DNA of 64,000 bases, from NCBI GenBank assembly GCA_038882955.1, contig JAVZNC010000003.1, positions 64,001-128,000 on the forward strand, written 5' to 3'. Position numbers and translations under genes: made by a program. The notes below the pieces were generated by a model. It made no database searches, had not been told where the DNA came from, and saw only the letters and a program-made list of their open reading frames with translations. How positions within the stretch are numbered: the stretch's first letter is position 1; every line of letters begins with the position of its first letter. Below are positions 42,077 to 51,197 of the stretch, piece by piece. The stretch is from Candidatus Bathyarchaeia archaeon. Lineage in GTDB: Archaea > Thermoproteota > Bathyarchaeia > Bathyarchaeales > Bathycorpusculaceae.

Positions 42077-42295
42077 ATGGGTGAAAGACTTAAAGTATTC
42101 GCGCTAGTAGCGGTTTTGGGCTTCATAGCAGGAGTAATTGCAGATCTAACCGCAACATACATTATACCAGCACTCGCAGCAATTCTGCCAGCCTTCCTCA
42201 ACGCAAGATACATCCTATCGGGACTTGCAGGCGCAGTACTAACGCTTGTGCTTGTCAGTGTTTGGGCCTACATAACAGGGCCATCAGAAAAGTAA
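42077..42295 (+). CDS. small two-TM membrane protein
   Basis: 72 aa, AGGTGA SD, divergent from the cdv operon. Confidence 0.75.
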   Translation: MGERLKVFALVAVLGFIAGVIADLTATYIIPALAAILPAFLNARYILSGLAGAVLTLVLVSVWAYITGPSEK

Positions 42296-42346
42296 ACTCT
42301 CTCCCCTCCCCTTTCTCTCATGCAAAATTTTAGTTTTGGCTCTATT

Positions 42347-42417
42347 TTGGACTCGGGAGCGGAAAAAGCAATCATCCGCCATCAGCGTCAGCGTACCTCG
42401 ACTTCCTCATAGTCCAA
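42347..42417 (-). ncRNA. candidate C/D-box guide sRNA
   Basis: TTGGACT-ATGAGGA(C)-12nt-CTGA(D')-12nt-ATGATTG(C')-12nt-CCGA(D)-GTCCAA with a terminal stem. Confidence 0.55.
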
Positions 42418-42478
42418 CATCTAAATTAGTTAACTCTAAAATATTTACATTTACAGTAATTCTGTTAGGCATGATAAA

Positions 42479-43270
42479 ATGTGTGGCATATTTGGGTTCG
42501 TATTAAATAAGCCGGTTCCCCTTGTCAAAGTTTTTAGGGTTCTCGCGAAACTGGAAGTTCATCAGTATACACATGAGCCAAAACCTGTCGGCGGCTTCGG
42601 CGCCGGTGTAGCTGTACTTGACGACGATGGAAATGTTTTATTGAAGAAAGTTGGAGATGTTGGCGGTTCCCCAGTTAGGCGATTGTCCAAAATTGTTGAT
42701 GTTGATGTAGCGCGTGCTTTAGTTGGACATGTGCGTATGCCAAGCCCACAGTTTATGAAAACAGCGAAATTTAGGGAAACAGCACAGCCATACATTACGC
42801 GATGTTTCAGTAATTTAATGTTGATTTCTGCTCACAATGGAAATGTGGCAAACTATAAGACTTTGAGAGAAAAAATCGGCGCAAAGCACGTTTTTGAATC
42901 GGAAAAAATAGAGCTTATTGATTCAGAGGTTATTCCACACTTGTTCGAAGAACTTTTAGCAGAAAAATGTGACCCAAGCAAAGCTGTTGAAGCGCTTTTC
43001 CATTTTCTAGAAGGATCAAACACTTTTAGTATCTTGCAAATCGAAAAGAATCGTTTGTTGTTGCACATCGTCCACAAAGGAAAAACAAGAGGGCTAACAA
43101 TATGGAAAAATGGCGTTGGAGAGGTAATTTTTTGCTCCAGAAAAGAGCCTCTAATGGAAAAGTTTAATGAAATTCTTATTGAGGGAAAATTTGAAGAGTA
43201 CGTTTCAATTCCATACGGCGAAGAAGGAAACTTGAAGACGACTTTGCCTTTTAAATCATGGTGTAAATAA
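42479..43270 (+). CDS. stand-alone class II (Ntn) glutamine amidotransferase
   Basis: MCGIFG N-terminal Cys, GHVR, AQP, HNG, DSE. Confidence 0.85.
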   Translation: MCGIFGFVLNKPVPLVKVFRVLAKLEVHQYTHEPKPVGGFGAGVAVLDDDGNVLLKKVGDVGGSPVRRLSKIVDVDVARALVGHVRMPSPQFMKTAKFRETAQPYITRCFSNLMLISAHNGNVANYKTLREKIGAKHVFESEKIELIDSEVIPHLFEELLAEKCDPSKAVEALFHFLEGSNTFSILQIEKNRLLLHIVHKGKTRGLTIWKNGVGEVIFCSRKEPLMEKFNEILIEGKFEEYVSIPYGEEGNLKTTLPFKSWCK

Positions 43271-43545
43271 TAAATAGAAATGTTAGCATCTAGATTTTGA
43301 GGAGAGTTTTACATGAACCTTTTGAAGGCGAAAGTACAATATCTGAAAACGAGAGAAGTCTAAGAAGAAAAAGAAAAACACGTAAAGGAGTTATAATTTC
43401 ACTTTTGATACGTCTCATGAAGAAATCTCTCTGTTATGCTTTGCTTTTCTTCTATGAATGTAAATATATGCATGGTTCTATCAATAAATATGAAATGTCA
43501 TTAAAAGTTTTAATAACAAACTATTGAGAACTGTTCTCTTAACGC

Positions 43546-44820
43546 GTGTTCGATATGAATGAAGGGGAAGTCCAAAAATCAAAGCTTAAGCCTGCTTTGG
43601 GGTTGTTTGACGCTACGGCCATAAGTGTAGGCGCAATCGTAGGCGCGGGCATATTTGTTGTCACTGGCATTGCGGCTGGTTTGGCTGGTTCGGCTGTTGT
43701 TGTTTCCATGCTTTTAGCAGCTGTAATTGCATTATTCACGGCATTAAGCTTTGCAGAACTTGCTGCTTGGCAACCACTGGAAGGAAGCATTTACGAGTAT
43801 GCCTATCAATTGATTTCGCCTTTTGCTGGCTTCTTGGTTGGGTGGATGTGGATACTCTCAAACACTTTTGTAGGCGCCGCGGTATCCCTTGGATTCGCAA
43901 GCTACTTTACGGCTATATTTCCAGCTTTTCCAGCCAACTGGATTGCAGCAATCCTCTGTATATTCTTCACCTTGTTGAACTTTTTTGGAATCCGCCAATC
44001 AGCACTTCTCAACAATTTCTTGGTTGCCGCAAAACTTCTTGTACTAGCATTCTTTATCGTGTTTGGCTTGGCTTACATTAAACCCGAAAATTATGTGCCA
44101 TTTAAACCCTTAGATGTCGGAATGATTTACGGTGCATGCTACATTTTCTTTGCCTACGCAGGATTCGCTAGGGTTGCTGTTGTCGCCGAGGAGATTCGGG
44201 ATGCGAGGCGAAACGTTCCAAGGGCGATACTGCTCTCGCTTGTTATATCAGCCGTCGTTTACATACTTGTTGGCTTAGTAGCCGTTGGGCTTGTAGGCGC
44301 AACTAGCCTTTCTAGTTCAAATTCGCCTTTAACTGAAGCAATTCGCACCACGGAAAATACAGTTGCAGTTTACATAGTTTCTGCTGGCGGCTTGCTCGCA
44401 ACAGCAAGCGTGTTACTGACCGCAATTTTAGGCGTTTCCCGCATGGCTTACGCCATGGCGAGAAGAAATGATATCCCACAAGCCTTGGGCAAGCTTCACC
44501 CAAAATACAATACACCACACCTTTCCATATGGGCTGTCGGCATTTTAATGGCTCTTCTCGTTTTATTTGTTGACCTTTCAAGCGTCGTAGCCATAAGCAC
44601 GTTTGCCTTGCTTTTCTACTATGCGATGGCTAATGTTTCTGCATTAAAAATAAATGTTCAAGGCAGATTGTATCTGCGCGTTATTCCAGTTTTAGGTGTA
44701 CTTACATGTGCCGCCTTGGCAGTTTTCATTCTGTTTGTTTCACCGCAAGCTTGGATTGTGGGCGCTGCTGGGTTATTAGCTGGCATGGTTTACTATTTTG
44801 CTAGAAAAGGGTTACGCTAA
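43546..44820 (+). CDS. APC-family amino acid permease
   Basis: GAIVGAGIF, FAELAA, FFAYAGF, AEE.RD..RN.PRAI. Confidence 0.92.
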   Translation: MFDMNEGEVQKSKLKPALGLFDATAISVGAIVGAGIFVVTGIAAGLAGSAVVVSMLLAAVIALFTALSFAELAAWQPLEGSIYEYAYQLISPFAGFLVGWMWILSNTFVGAAVSLGFASYFTAIFPAFPANWIAAILCIFFTLLNFFGIRQSALLNNFLVAAKLLVLAFFIVFGLAYIKPENYVPFKPLDVGMIYGACYIFFAYAGFARVAVVAEEIRDARRNVPRAILLSLVISAVVYILVGLVAVGLVGATSLSSSNSPLTEAIRTTENTVAVYIVSAGGLLATASVLLTAILGVSRMAYAMARRNDIPQALGKLHPKYNTPHLSIWAVGILMALLVLFVDLSSVVAISTFALLFYYAMANVSALKINVQGRLYLRVIPVLGVLTCAALAVFILFVSPQAWIVGAAGLLAGMVYYFARKGLR

Positions 44821-44823
44821 AAA

Positions 44824-47271
44824 CTACTTCTTTTCCTTCCTCTTTAGCATATTCTCCAAGACTGGGCGCAGTTTCTCATTTTCGGCTTTAATGCGCTCCT
44901 TTCCAAGCGCGCGCATTTGCTCAGTCATCTCCCTGATAATTTCCGCGAACTTGACGCCTTCAGCTGCTGAAACATATTCCACACGGAACCGCTCTGGGCT
45001 TAATCCAAGCTTATGAAGCATAGGCGCCAACGCATCCATTCTAGCCTTCATCTTCCAGTTTCCACTTATATAGTGGCAGTCATATGGCAAGTGACAAGCA
45101 GCAACAAGAACCATTCCAGCGCCAAGCCTTAATGCTTCTAAGACAAAATCGCGGTCAACCCTCCCAGAACACATAACCCTTATCGGACGTATCGTTGGCG
45201 GATACTCAAACCTACTCGTTCCAGCCAAGTCCGCGCCCGCGTAACTGCACCAGTTACAAAGGAAAGCCAAAATCTTATCTTCCGGGTTTGTTTCTAGGGC
45301 AGCTCTTATTTGAGCAAAGATTTGCGCGTCCGTGAAGTGCATCTGTTGTATGGCGTCTGCTGGACACTCTGCAACGCATGTTCCGCAGCCGTGGCACATG
45401 GCAGTTATCACTTGGGCTGGCTTTTTTTCTTCTGCCCTTATTGCTCCGTAGGGGCATCTTTCGGCGCAAATGCCACACTTTGTTGTAACGTTTCTGCATT
45501 TCGTCGCATCAACAACAGCCACTATAGGCTCTATTTTCCACTTTGGCTTGGAAAGAACCGTTGCTGCTCTTGAGGCCGCTCCGCAACCTTGCGAAACACT
45601 GTAGGGTATGTCCTTCGGCGCTTGGCATGCTCCGGCTAGGAATATTCCGTCTGTTGGAGCATCCAAAGGCTTAAGTTTCGGGTGACTTTCCATGAAGAAA
45701 CCGTCTGCACCGCGTGTTAGGTTTAAGATTCTGGCTATTTCTTCAGCGCCTTTCTTTGGTATGGCCGCTGTTGCCAAAACAACCATTTCCGCTTCGATTT
45801 CTATTGGTTGTCCAAGCGTCATGTCTTCAGCGTGGATAAGTAAGTTCTTTGTTTCGGGAATCTCCAAAATGCGGCTTACCCTTCCGCGGATGAAGTTTAC
45901 GCCCAACTCGCGTGCACGTTGATAGAATTCTTCAAAACCCTTGAAGTTTGTTCGCATGTCCATGTAGAAAACGTAGACTTCCACGTTTTCCTTGTATTTC
46001 TCCTTAAGTTGAACAACATGCTTTAAGGTGTACATGCAGCAGAAGTTCGAGCAGTACGGGTACTTGCTCGCATCTCTAGAGCCTACGCATTGGATGAAAG
46101 CGACACTGTGGGGTTTTTGTCCATCGGAAGCCCTAACAACCTTTCCGCCTGTTGGTCCAGCGGCGAGTATGAGCCTTTCAAACTCTAGGGAGGTTATCAC
46201 GTTTGTGTATTTTCCATAACCGTAAAGTGGCATATCGTACGGTAGGTAAATGTCATAGCCTGTTGCAACAACAATCGCGCCTACTTCCAGTTCTATTTCT
46301 TCTGGTTGTTGTTCAAAGTTTATGGCTTGCCTCGCACCACAAGCGTCGACACACTTGTAGCATTCAATGCAATAATCCTTATTTATCGTGTAAACGAGCG
46401 GGACAGCTTGGTCAAATGGAACTGATATGGCTTTTCTCACGCCTAGATTCATGTCCCACTCGTTTGGATACTCTATTGGACAAGCGTCTTTGCATTCGCC
46501 GCATCCAGTGCAGTTTTCGGCAATAACATAACGCGGGTTCTTCCTAATTTTAACCTTGAAGTTGCCGATGTACCCGCTTACGCTCAGCAAATCAGCATAA
46601 GCGATGATTTCTATGTTTGGGTGCCTTCCAACATCAACCATCTTTGGTCCTTCGATGCATATTGAACAGTCCAGTGTTGGAAACGTCTTATCCAACTGCG
46701 CCATGTGTCCGCCTATGCTTTCGCTTTTTTCAAGCAAGTAAACCTTGAAGCCCATTTCCGCCAAGTCTAGGGCAGCGTTCATTCCAGCAATTCCACCGCC
46801 AACCACAAGTGCCTTGTTGGTGACTGGAACCTCTATGGTTTGTAGGGGTTGAAGCAGCCTTACTTTCGCTACTGCCATCTTAATTAAGTCTTTGGCTTTT
46901 TCCGTTGCCTCTTTAGGTGTGCTTGGATGACACCAAGAAGAGAATTCGCGGATGTTCGCCATCTCGAAAAGAAACGGGTTCAAATTAACGTCTGAAACTG
47001 TTCTTCTGAAGGTTGGTTCGTGCATTCGCGGCGAGCATGCCGCAACAACAACACGGTTGAGCTTATGTTCCTTTATGGCTTTTCTGATCTCCTCTTGTCC
47101 AGGGTCTGCACATGTGTAACGGTTATCCTTCACATAAACAACATTTGGCAATGTTTTCGCGTATTCGACAAGCTCTTTTATGTCTAGGACTCCAGCTATG
47201 TTTAGTCCGCAGTGGCATATGAAAACTCCAATTCTCGGTTCTTCAGCCATTTTATGTGCTCCTCCATCCAA
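44824..47271 (-). CDS. hdrA: heterodisulfide reductase subunit A fused to MvhD
   Basis: CHCGLNI, ACSPRMHE, GGGIAG, KTFPTLDC, QCVGSRD..YCSNFCC, ferredoxin motifs, C-terminal CNWCSYAGAD/RVMCSGR MvhD. Confidence 0.95.
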   Translation of the reverse strand: MDGGAHKMAEEPRIGVFICHCGLNIAGVLDIKELVEYAKTLPNVVYVKDNRYTCADPGQEEIRKAIKEHKLNRVVVAACSPRMHEPTFRRTVSDVNLNPFLFEMANIREFSSWCHPSTPKEATEKAKDLIKMAVAKVRLLQPLQTIEVPVTNKALVVGGGIAGMNAALDLAEMGFKVYLLEKSESIGGHMAQLDKTFPTLDCSICIEGPKMVDVGRHPNIEIIAYADLLSVSGYIGNFKVKIRKNPRYVIAENCTGCGECKDACPIEYPNEWDMNLGVRKAISVPFDQAVPLVYTINKDYCIECYKCVDACGARQAINFEQQPEEIELEVGAIVVATGYDIYLPYDMPLYGYGKYTNVITSLEFERLILAAGPTGGKVVRASDGQKPHSVAFIQCVGSRDASKYPYCSNFCCMYTLKHVVQLKEKYKENVEVYVFYMDMRTNFKGFEEFYQRARELGVNFIRGRVSRILEIPETKNLLIHAEDMTLGQPIEIEAEMVVLATAAIPKKGAEEIARILNLTRGADGFFMESHPKLKPLDAPTDGIFLAGACQAPKDIPYSVSQGCGAASRAATVLSKPKWKIEPIVAVVDATKCRNVTTKCGICAERCPYGAIRAEEKKPAQVITAMCHGCGTCVAECPADAIQQMHFTDAQIFAQIRAALETNPEDKILAFLCNWCSYAGADLAGTSRFEYPPTIRPIRVMCSGRVDRDFVLEALRLGAGMVLVAACHLPYDCHYISGNWKMKARMDALAPMLHKLGLSPERFRVEYVSAAEGVKFAEIIREMTEQMRALGKERIKAENEKLRPVLENMLKRKEKK

Positions 47272-48184
47272 GCCTTTTCCCCACGGACTCCAAAACCTTC
47301 TGCGAGCTTTTCGCTTTCAACTCCTTACTCATCTCAATCGGAGAGGCTATTCTCTCCAAAACCTTGTTCCACGTTCCAGAGCGAATTGACGTGTGAAAAA
47401 CTCTGGTTCGCTTAAGCTCCAATGCCTCTTCAACCGGACAGACGGCTTTGCACGCTCCACAGTAAATGCAAAACAGCTCATTCACATGCACCTTTTTGTC
47501 TTCTTCTGAAAGGTAAAGCGCCCCAGTTATTGGGCAAACATCCAAGCAGTCTGTGCAGCCTTCTGGACACTTTTCTTGGTGTATTAGGATTTTTCCTTGA
47601 AGGAACTTGCGCACTTGCATGACGCCTTCTGGACATTTGACTTCGCATATTCTGCAACATGGGCAATGCTCCACGTCAACATCAACTTGCACTTTAAGCT
47701 CTTTCTTCTGTTTTTTGGTCAAAGACTTTAAATTTTCAACAATTTTTCCATCCAGAGTTAACCTTTTAATCTTGATTAGGTTTAGTGGACATGCCTCCTC
47801 GCATTCAACACAATCCACGGGACATTTGCTTGCATCTACCCTTATTTCACGTATCAATTGTGGGAAACTTTCCTTCTCAACGATTGAAAGTGCATGTTCG
47901 CCGTTAACCGTTACTTTTATCGCGCCATATGGGCAAAGTACGTCACATATTCCGCAAAAATTGCATTTTTTCAAGTCTATGTCGACTTTTGCCCTTTTCG
48001 CTTTTTCTCCTTGAACTTTTGGCTGTCTTTCAACTTTTATTGCCTCTTTTGGGCAAGCCAAGGCGCAGATTTGGCAGCCAACACACAAGTTTTTGTCAAG
48101 ATTAAGCTTGTAATTTTTTACGTGTAAAATCCATTCTAGTGTTAGGGCTTTTGCCGTTTCGGTTTTCGCTGTTTTTAGCGGCAT
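47252..48184 (-). CDS. polyferredoxin (FwdF/MvhB-like)
   Basis: Six CxxCxxCxxxCP-type motifs; overlaps the hdrA start. Confidence 0.88.
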   Translation of the reverse strand: MPLKTAKTETAKALTLEWILHVKNYKLNLDKNLCVGCQICALACPKEAIKVERQPKVQGEKAKRAKVDIDLKKCNFCGICDVLCPYGAIKVTVNGEHALSIVEKESFPQLIREIRVDASKCPVDCVECEEACPLNLIKIKRLTLDGKIVENLKSLTKKQKKELKVQVDVDVEHCPCCRICEVKCPEGVMQVRKFLQGKILIHQEKCPEGCTDCLDVCPITGALYLSEEDKKVHVNELFCIYCGACKAVCPVEEALELKRTRVFHTSIRSGTWNKVLERIASPIEMSKELKAKSSQKVLESVGKRLGWRST

Positions 48185-48284
48185 CTTACAGCCAACCTAT
48201 TGTTGATATGCCACTTATAATGGAAATATAGCCTATGTTGAACCTTCATATATAGTTTAGTTTTAACTTTGTAAAATTTTCACA

Positions 48285-48839
48285 TCAAAGTTTGACGCAA
48301 ATCGCCACATAACACTTCAAGCTTTCATCTTTAAATTTAACACTCTTCAGATTCGCACTCAACAATAACTTTTGAAATTGCTCCAAAGTGAAAGCCTTCT
48401 TCATGCCCGTTACAATAATTTTGGCTTTTCCCTTTGCAACGCGCCCGATCTCTGCCAAAGTTTTAGCTGGTTCAGGCATGTTCTGAAGAACCGTAACGCC
48501 AAAAACATAGTCAAAAAGGCCTTCTCGAAATGGCATGTTATCAGCATCAGCCAAAATCAAATGCGCGTTTTCAAGATTTTTAGCACTTTTCTTTGCTTCT
48601 TGCAGTGTCTTCCTAGAAATGTCCACTCCGACAACCATCTTTGCTTTGTTAACAATGTAGTTTAACAATATTCCAGTTCCACAACCTGCATCCAAAACTA
48701 AAGAATGCCTTTTGATCGTTATTTCCCCAAGCGCAACCTCAATCTTTTGTTTCTGCTCTTCAGCATAACGCATATCATACAAGTGCGCTGTTATGTCGTA
48801 AAGCCTCATTATTTCACGCTTTTTGTCCCACTCGCTCAT
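48285..48839 (-). CDS. class I SAM-dependent methyltransferase
   Basis: LDAGCGTG, GVDIS, ADADNMPF. Confidence 0.85.
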   Translation of the reverse strand: MSEWDKKREIMRLYDITAHLYDMRYAEEQKQKIEVALGEITIKRHSLVLDAGCGTGILLNYIVNKAKMVVGVDISRKTLQEAKKSAKNLENAHLILADADNMPFREGLFDYVFGVTVLQNMPEPAKTLAEIGRVAKGKAKIIVTGMKKAFTLEQFQKLLLSANLKSVKFKDESLKCYVAICVKL

Positions 48840-48899
48840 AAGCGCCTCTTCTCAGAAGTCTTATGTAGTTAATGTTCTTGTAAATTTATTGGATGAATA

Positions 48900-49694
48900 T
48901 TGACTGAACAAAAGCCCCTAACCGTTCTGGTAAACCCAAATGTCGCAGAAGCGGAGAAAATTATTAAAGATGCTGTTTCCCGTCACAAAACACTACTTCT
49001 GGTTGGTAAATGCTGGGTGCACTACAGCGGAAGGGCAAAATCCAGACTTGAACCAGGAGAACGTATACTGATCATAAAAGAGGATGGCTCGCTGCTTGTC
49101 CACCGTTCAGTCGGCTATGAACCGGTCAACTGGCAACCGCCAGGCTGCATATTTCATGCTCAAACGCGGAACGGCGTTTTAGAGATTCACGCTGTTAGGC
49201 AAAAGCCACCAGAATCCGTCAAAGTGTTTTTCGACGAAATCAAGCTGGTTTCAGCTCTAAGCCTCATTGATTCTGGAGAATTTGCATTGTACGCAAGCGA
49301 AGAAGATATGCATAAGGCTATATTATCTGAGCCTTCAATTTTGGAGGAAGGCTTCAAACCAATAAGTTATGAGAAAAAGGTTGAGCCTGGCTTTGTAGAT
49401 GTTTACGGTGTGGACAAGGATGGAAAGCTTGTTGTTGTCGAAGTTAAACGCAGAACAGCTGGCAGAGAGGCGGTGTTCCAACTTGCCAAGTACATAGAAG
49501 CGATTAAATCTAAATCGAATAGAGAAATCAGAGGGATTCTTGTCGCGCCAAGTATTGCAAAGGATGTTCAAAAGTTGCTGTTAACTCTTGGGTTGGAGTT
49601 TAAGGCTTTAGACCCGAAGAAATGTGCAGAAATACTGAAGAGAGCAGAAGCTAGGAAGTTGGAGTCGTTCTTTAGGGAGGAAACTGCACAATGA
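48900..49694 (+). CDS. nucS: mismatch endonuclease NucS/EndoMS
   Basis: YSGRA, PVNWQP, VDV...VEVKR, QLAKY; C-terminal PIP-like RKLESFF. Confidence 0.93.
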   Translation: MTEQKPLTVLVNPNVAEAEKIIKDAVSRHKTLLLVGKCWVHYSGRAKSRLEPGERILIIKEDGSLLVHRSVGYEPVNWQPPGCIFHAQTRNGVLEIHAVRQKPPESVKVFFDEIKLVSALSLIDSGEFALYASEEDMHKAILSEPSILEEGFKPISYEKKVEPGFVDVYGVDKDGKLVVVEVKRRTAGREAVFQLAKYIEAIKSKSNREIRGILVAPSIAKDVQKLLLTLGLEFKALDPKKCAEILKRAEARKLESFFREETAQ

Positions 49695-50602
49695 TTCGCA
49701 AAATTGATCCGTTAGCCTTCGACAGCTTCGGCGTCCGTTCAATGGCAACGTTCATCGAAACTGACGACTTAAAAATCTTGATAGACCCTGGAGTTGCTTT
49801 GGCGCCAATCCGCTACGGGTTAGAACCCCACCCCCTAGAGTGGCAAAGGCTGGATGAAACTTGGGAAGTCATCAAGCAGTATGCGGAGAATGCTGATGTT
49901 TTAATTGTTACGCATTATCATTATGACCATCATGATCCAGACTACCCAGAACTTTATAGGAATAAGGTGGCATTCATAAAGCATCCAACAGAAAACATTA
50001 ACAGAAGCCAAAAAGAACGCGCAGCACTCTTCCTTGAAGCGATAAGGGATATGCCGAAAAAACTTGAAATTGCCGATGGCAGAAGCTTCCATTTTGGAAA
50101 AACAGCGATAAAATTTTCAAAGGCTGTTTGCCACGGGACAAATCCGCGTCTCGGGTACGTAACAGAAGTCAGCATCAAATGTAACAGCGAAAGTTTTCTG
50201 TTCACTTCTGATGTTGAAGGTCCATCGCTTGACGAGCAGATAAGCTTTATTCTAGAGGAGAAGCCCGACATCATATTCGTTGATGGTCCAATGACTTACA
50301 TGCTTGGTTATCGCTATTCCTTCAAAAGCCTTGAAATCTCAAACAACAACCTTGTTAAAGCTATAAAACAAACGCGTGTGCAGACGCTTGTTTTGGACCA
50401 CCATTTTCTGAGGGATTTAAATTACAAGTTGAGGATTAAGCCAGTTTACGAAGCAGCGGAAAAGCGTGGCGTAAAAGTATTAACCGCCGCGGAGTTTTGT
50501 GGAAGAAAAATTGAGATGCTTGAAGCTTTAAGGAAGGAATTGTACGCGAAGCACACCAAAGAAGAGTTTAAGTTTGAAAGGCGCGCGCTGAAAAGCGACT
50601 AG
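49691..50602 (+). CDS. UPF0282-like MBL-fold protein
   Basis: DSFGVRSMAT, THYHYDHH, LDHHFLRD. Confidence 0.85.
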   Translation: MIRKIDPLAFDSFGVRSMATFIETDDLKILIDPGVALAPIRYGLEPHPLEWQRLDETWEVIKQYAENADVLIVTHYHYDHHDPDYPELYRNKVAFIKHPTENINRSQKERAALFLEAIRDMPKKLEIADGRSFHFGKTAIKFSKAVCHGTNPRLGYVTEVSIKCNSESFLFTSDVEGPSLDEQISFILEEKPDIIFVDGPMTYMLGYRYSFKSLEISNNNLVKAIKQTRVQTLVLDHHFLRDLNYKLRIKPVYEAAEKRGVKVLTAAEFCGRKIEMLEALRKELYAKHTKEEFKFERRALKSD

Positions 50603-50627
50603 GGCTTTTGAGGAAAAGGTAATTAAT

Positions 50628-51191
50628 GTGTTCAATTATCTAGTTTTGGGTTTGCATATGAACATCTGGAAGGATATTCCGTCAGGCGATAAGCCGCCAC
50701 AACTGCTCAACATGGTTGTCGAAGTCATAAGCGGCTCAAGAGACAAGTATGAGTACCATCTTAAATGGGAAACATTCGTCCTAGACCGCATAATACCCTC
50801 TTCAGTCGTTTTTCCAGTGGATTACGGGTTTGTTCCGCAAACGTGGTTCGATGATGATGACCCGCTTGACATTATGGTTTTAAGCTATGAACCATTGGAG
50901 GTCGGGTGCATAGTCAAGGTGCGCGTCATAGGTGCATTAATAATTGAGGATGAGAAGGGTGAAGATCCTAAAATGTTGTCTGTGCTTGTTAACGATGCCA
51001 GATTCGATGGATACATGGACATAAGTGATGTCCACAAACACCAGCTTGTTGAAATCCAAGAGTTTTTCGAAACTTATAAGAGGCTTGAGCCGCACAAGTG
51101 GGTTAAATTCAAAGAGTGGAAAAACGCCAAGCAAGCCATGGAAATCGTAAACTACGCCATTGAAAAATTTAAGAAATTAAACGTAAAGTAG
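50628..51191 (+). CDS. ppa: inorganic pyrophosphatase (family I)
   Basis: KYEY, DYGFVPQT, DDDPLD, FFETYKRLE. Confidence 0.95.
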   Translation: MFNYLVLGLHMNIWKDIPSGDKPPQLLNMVVEVISGSRDKYEYHLKWETFVLDRIIPSSVVFPVDYGFVPQTWFDDDDPLDIMVLSYEPLEVGCIVKVRVIGALIIEDEKGEDPKMLSVLVNDARFDGYMDISDVHKHQLVEIQEFFETYKRLEPHKWVKFKEWKNAKQAMEIVNYAIEKFKKLNVK

Positions 51192-51197
51192 TTGTCT

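Noticed and set aside
43297-43527. 76-aa ORF between the GATase and the permease
   Set aside because: TTG start, low-complexity AT-rich sequence, no recognisable features
44824-47271. Selenocysteine recoding in HdrA/MvhD
   Set aside because: The frame is open and Cys occupies the relevant positions
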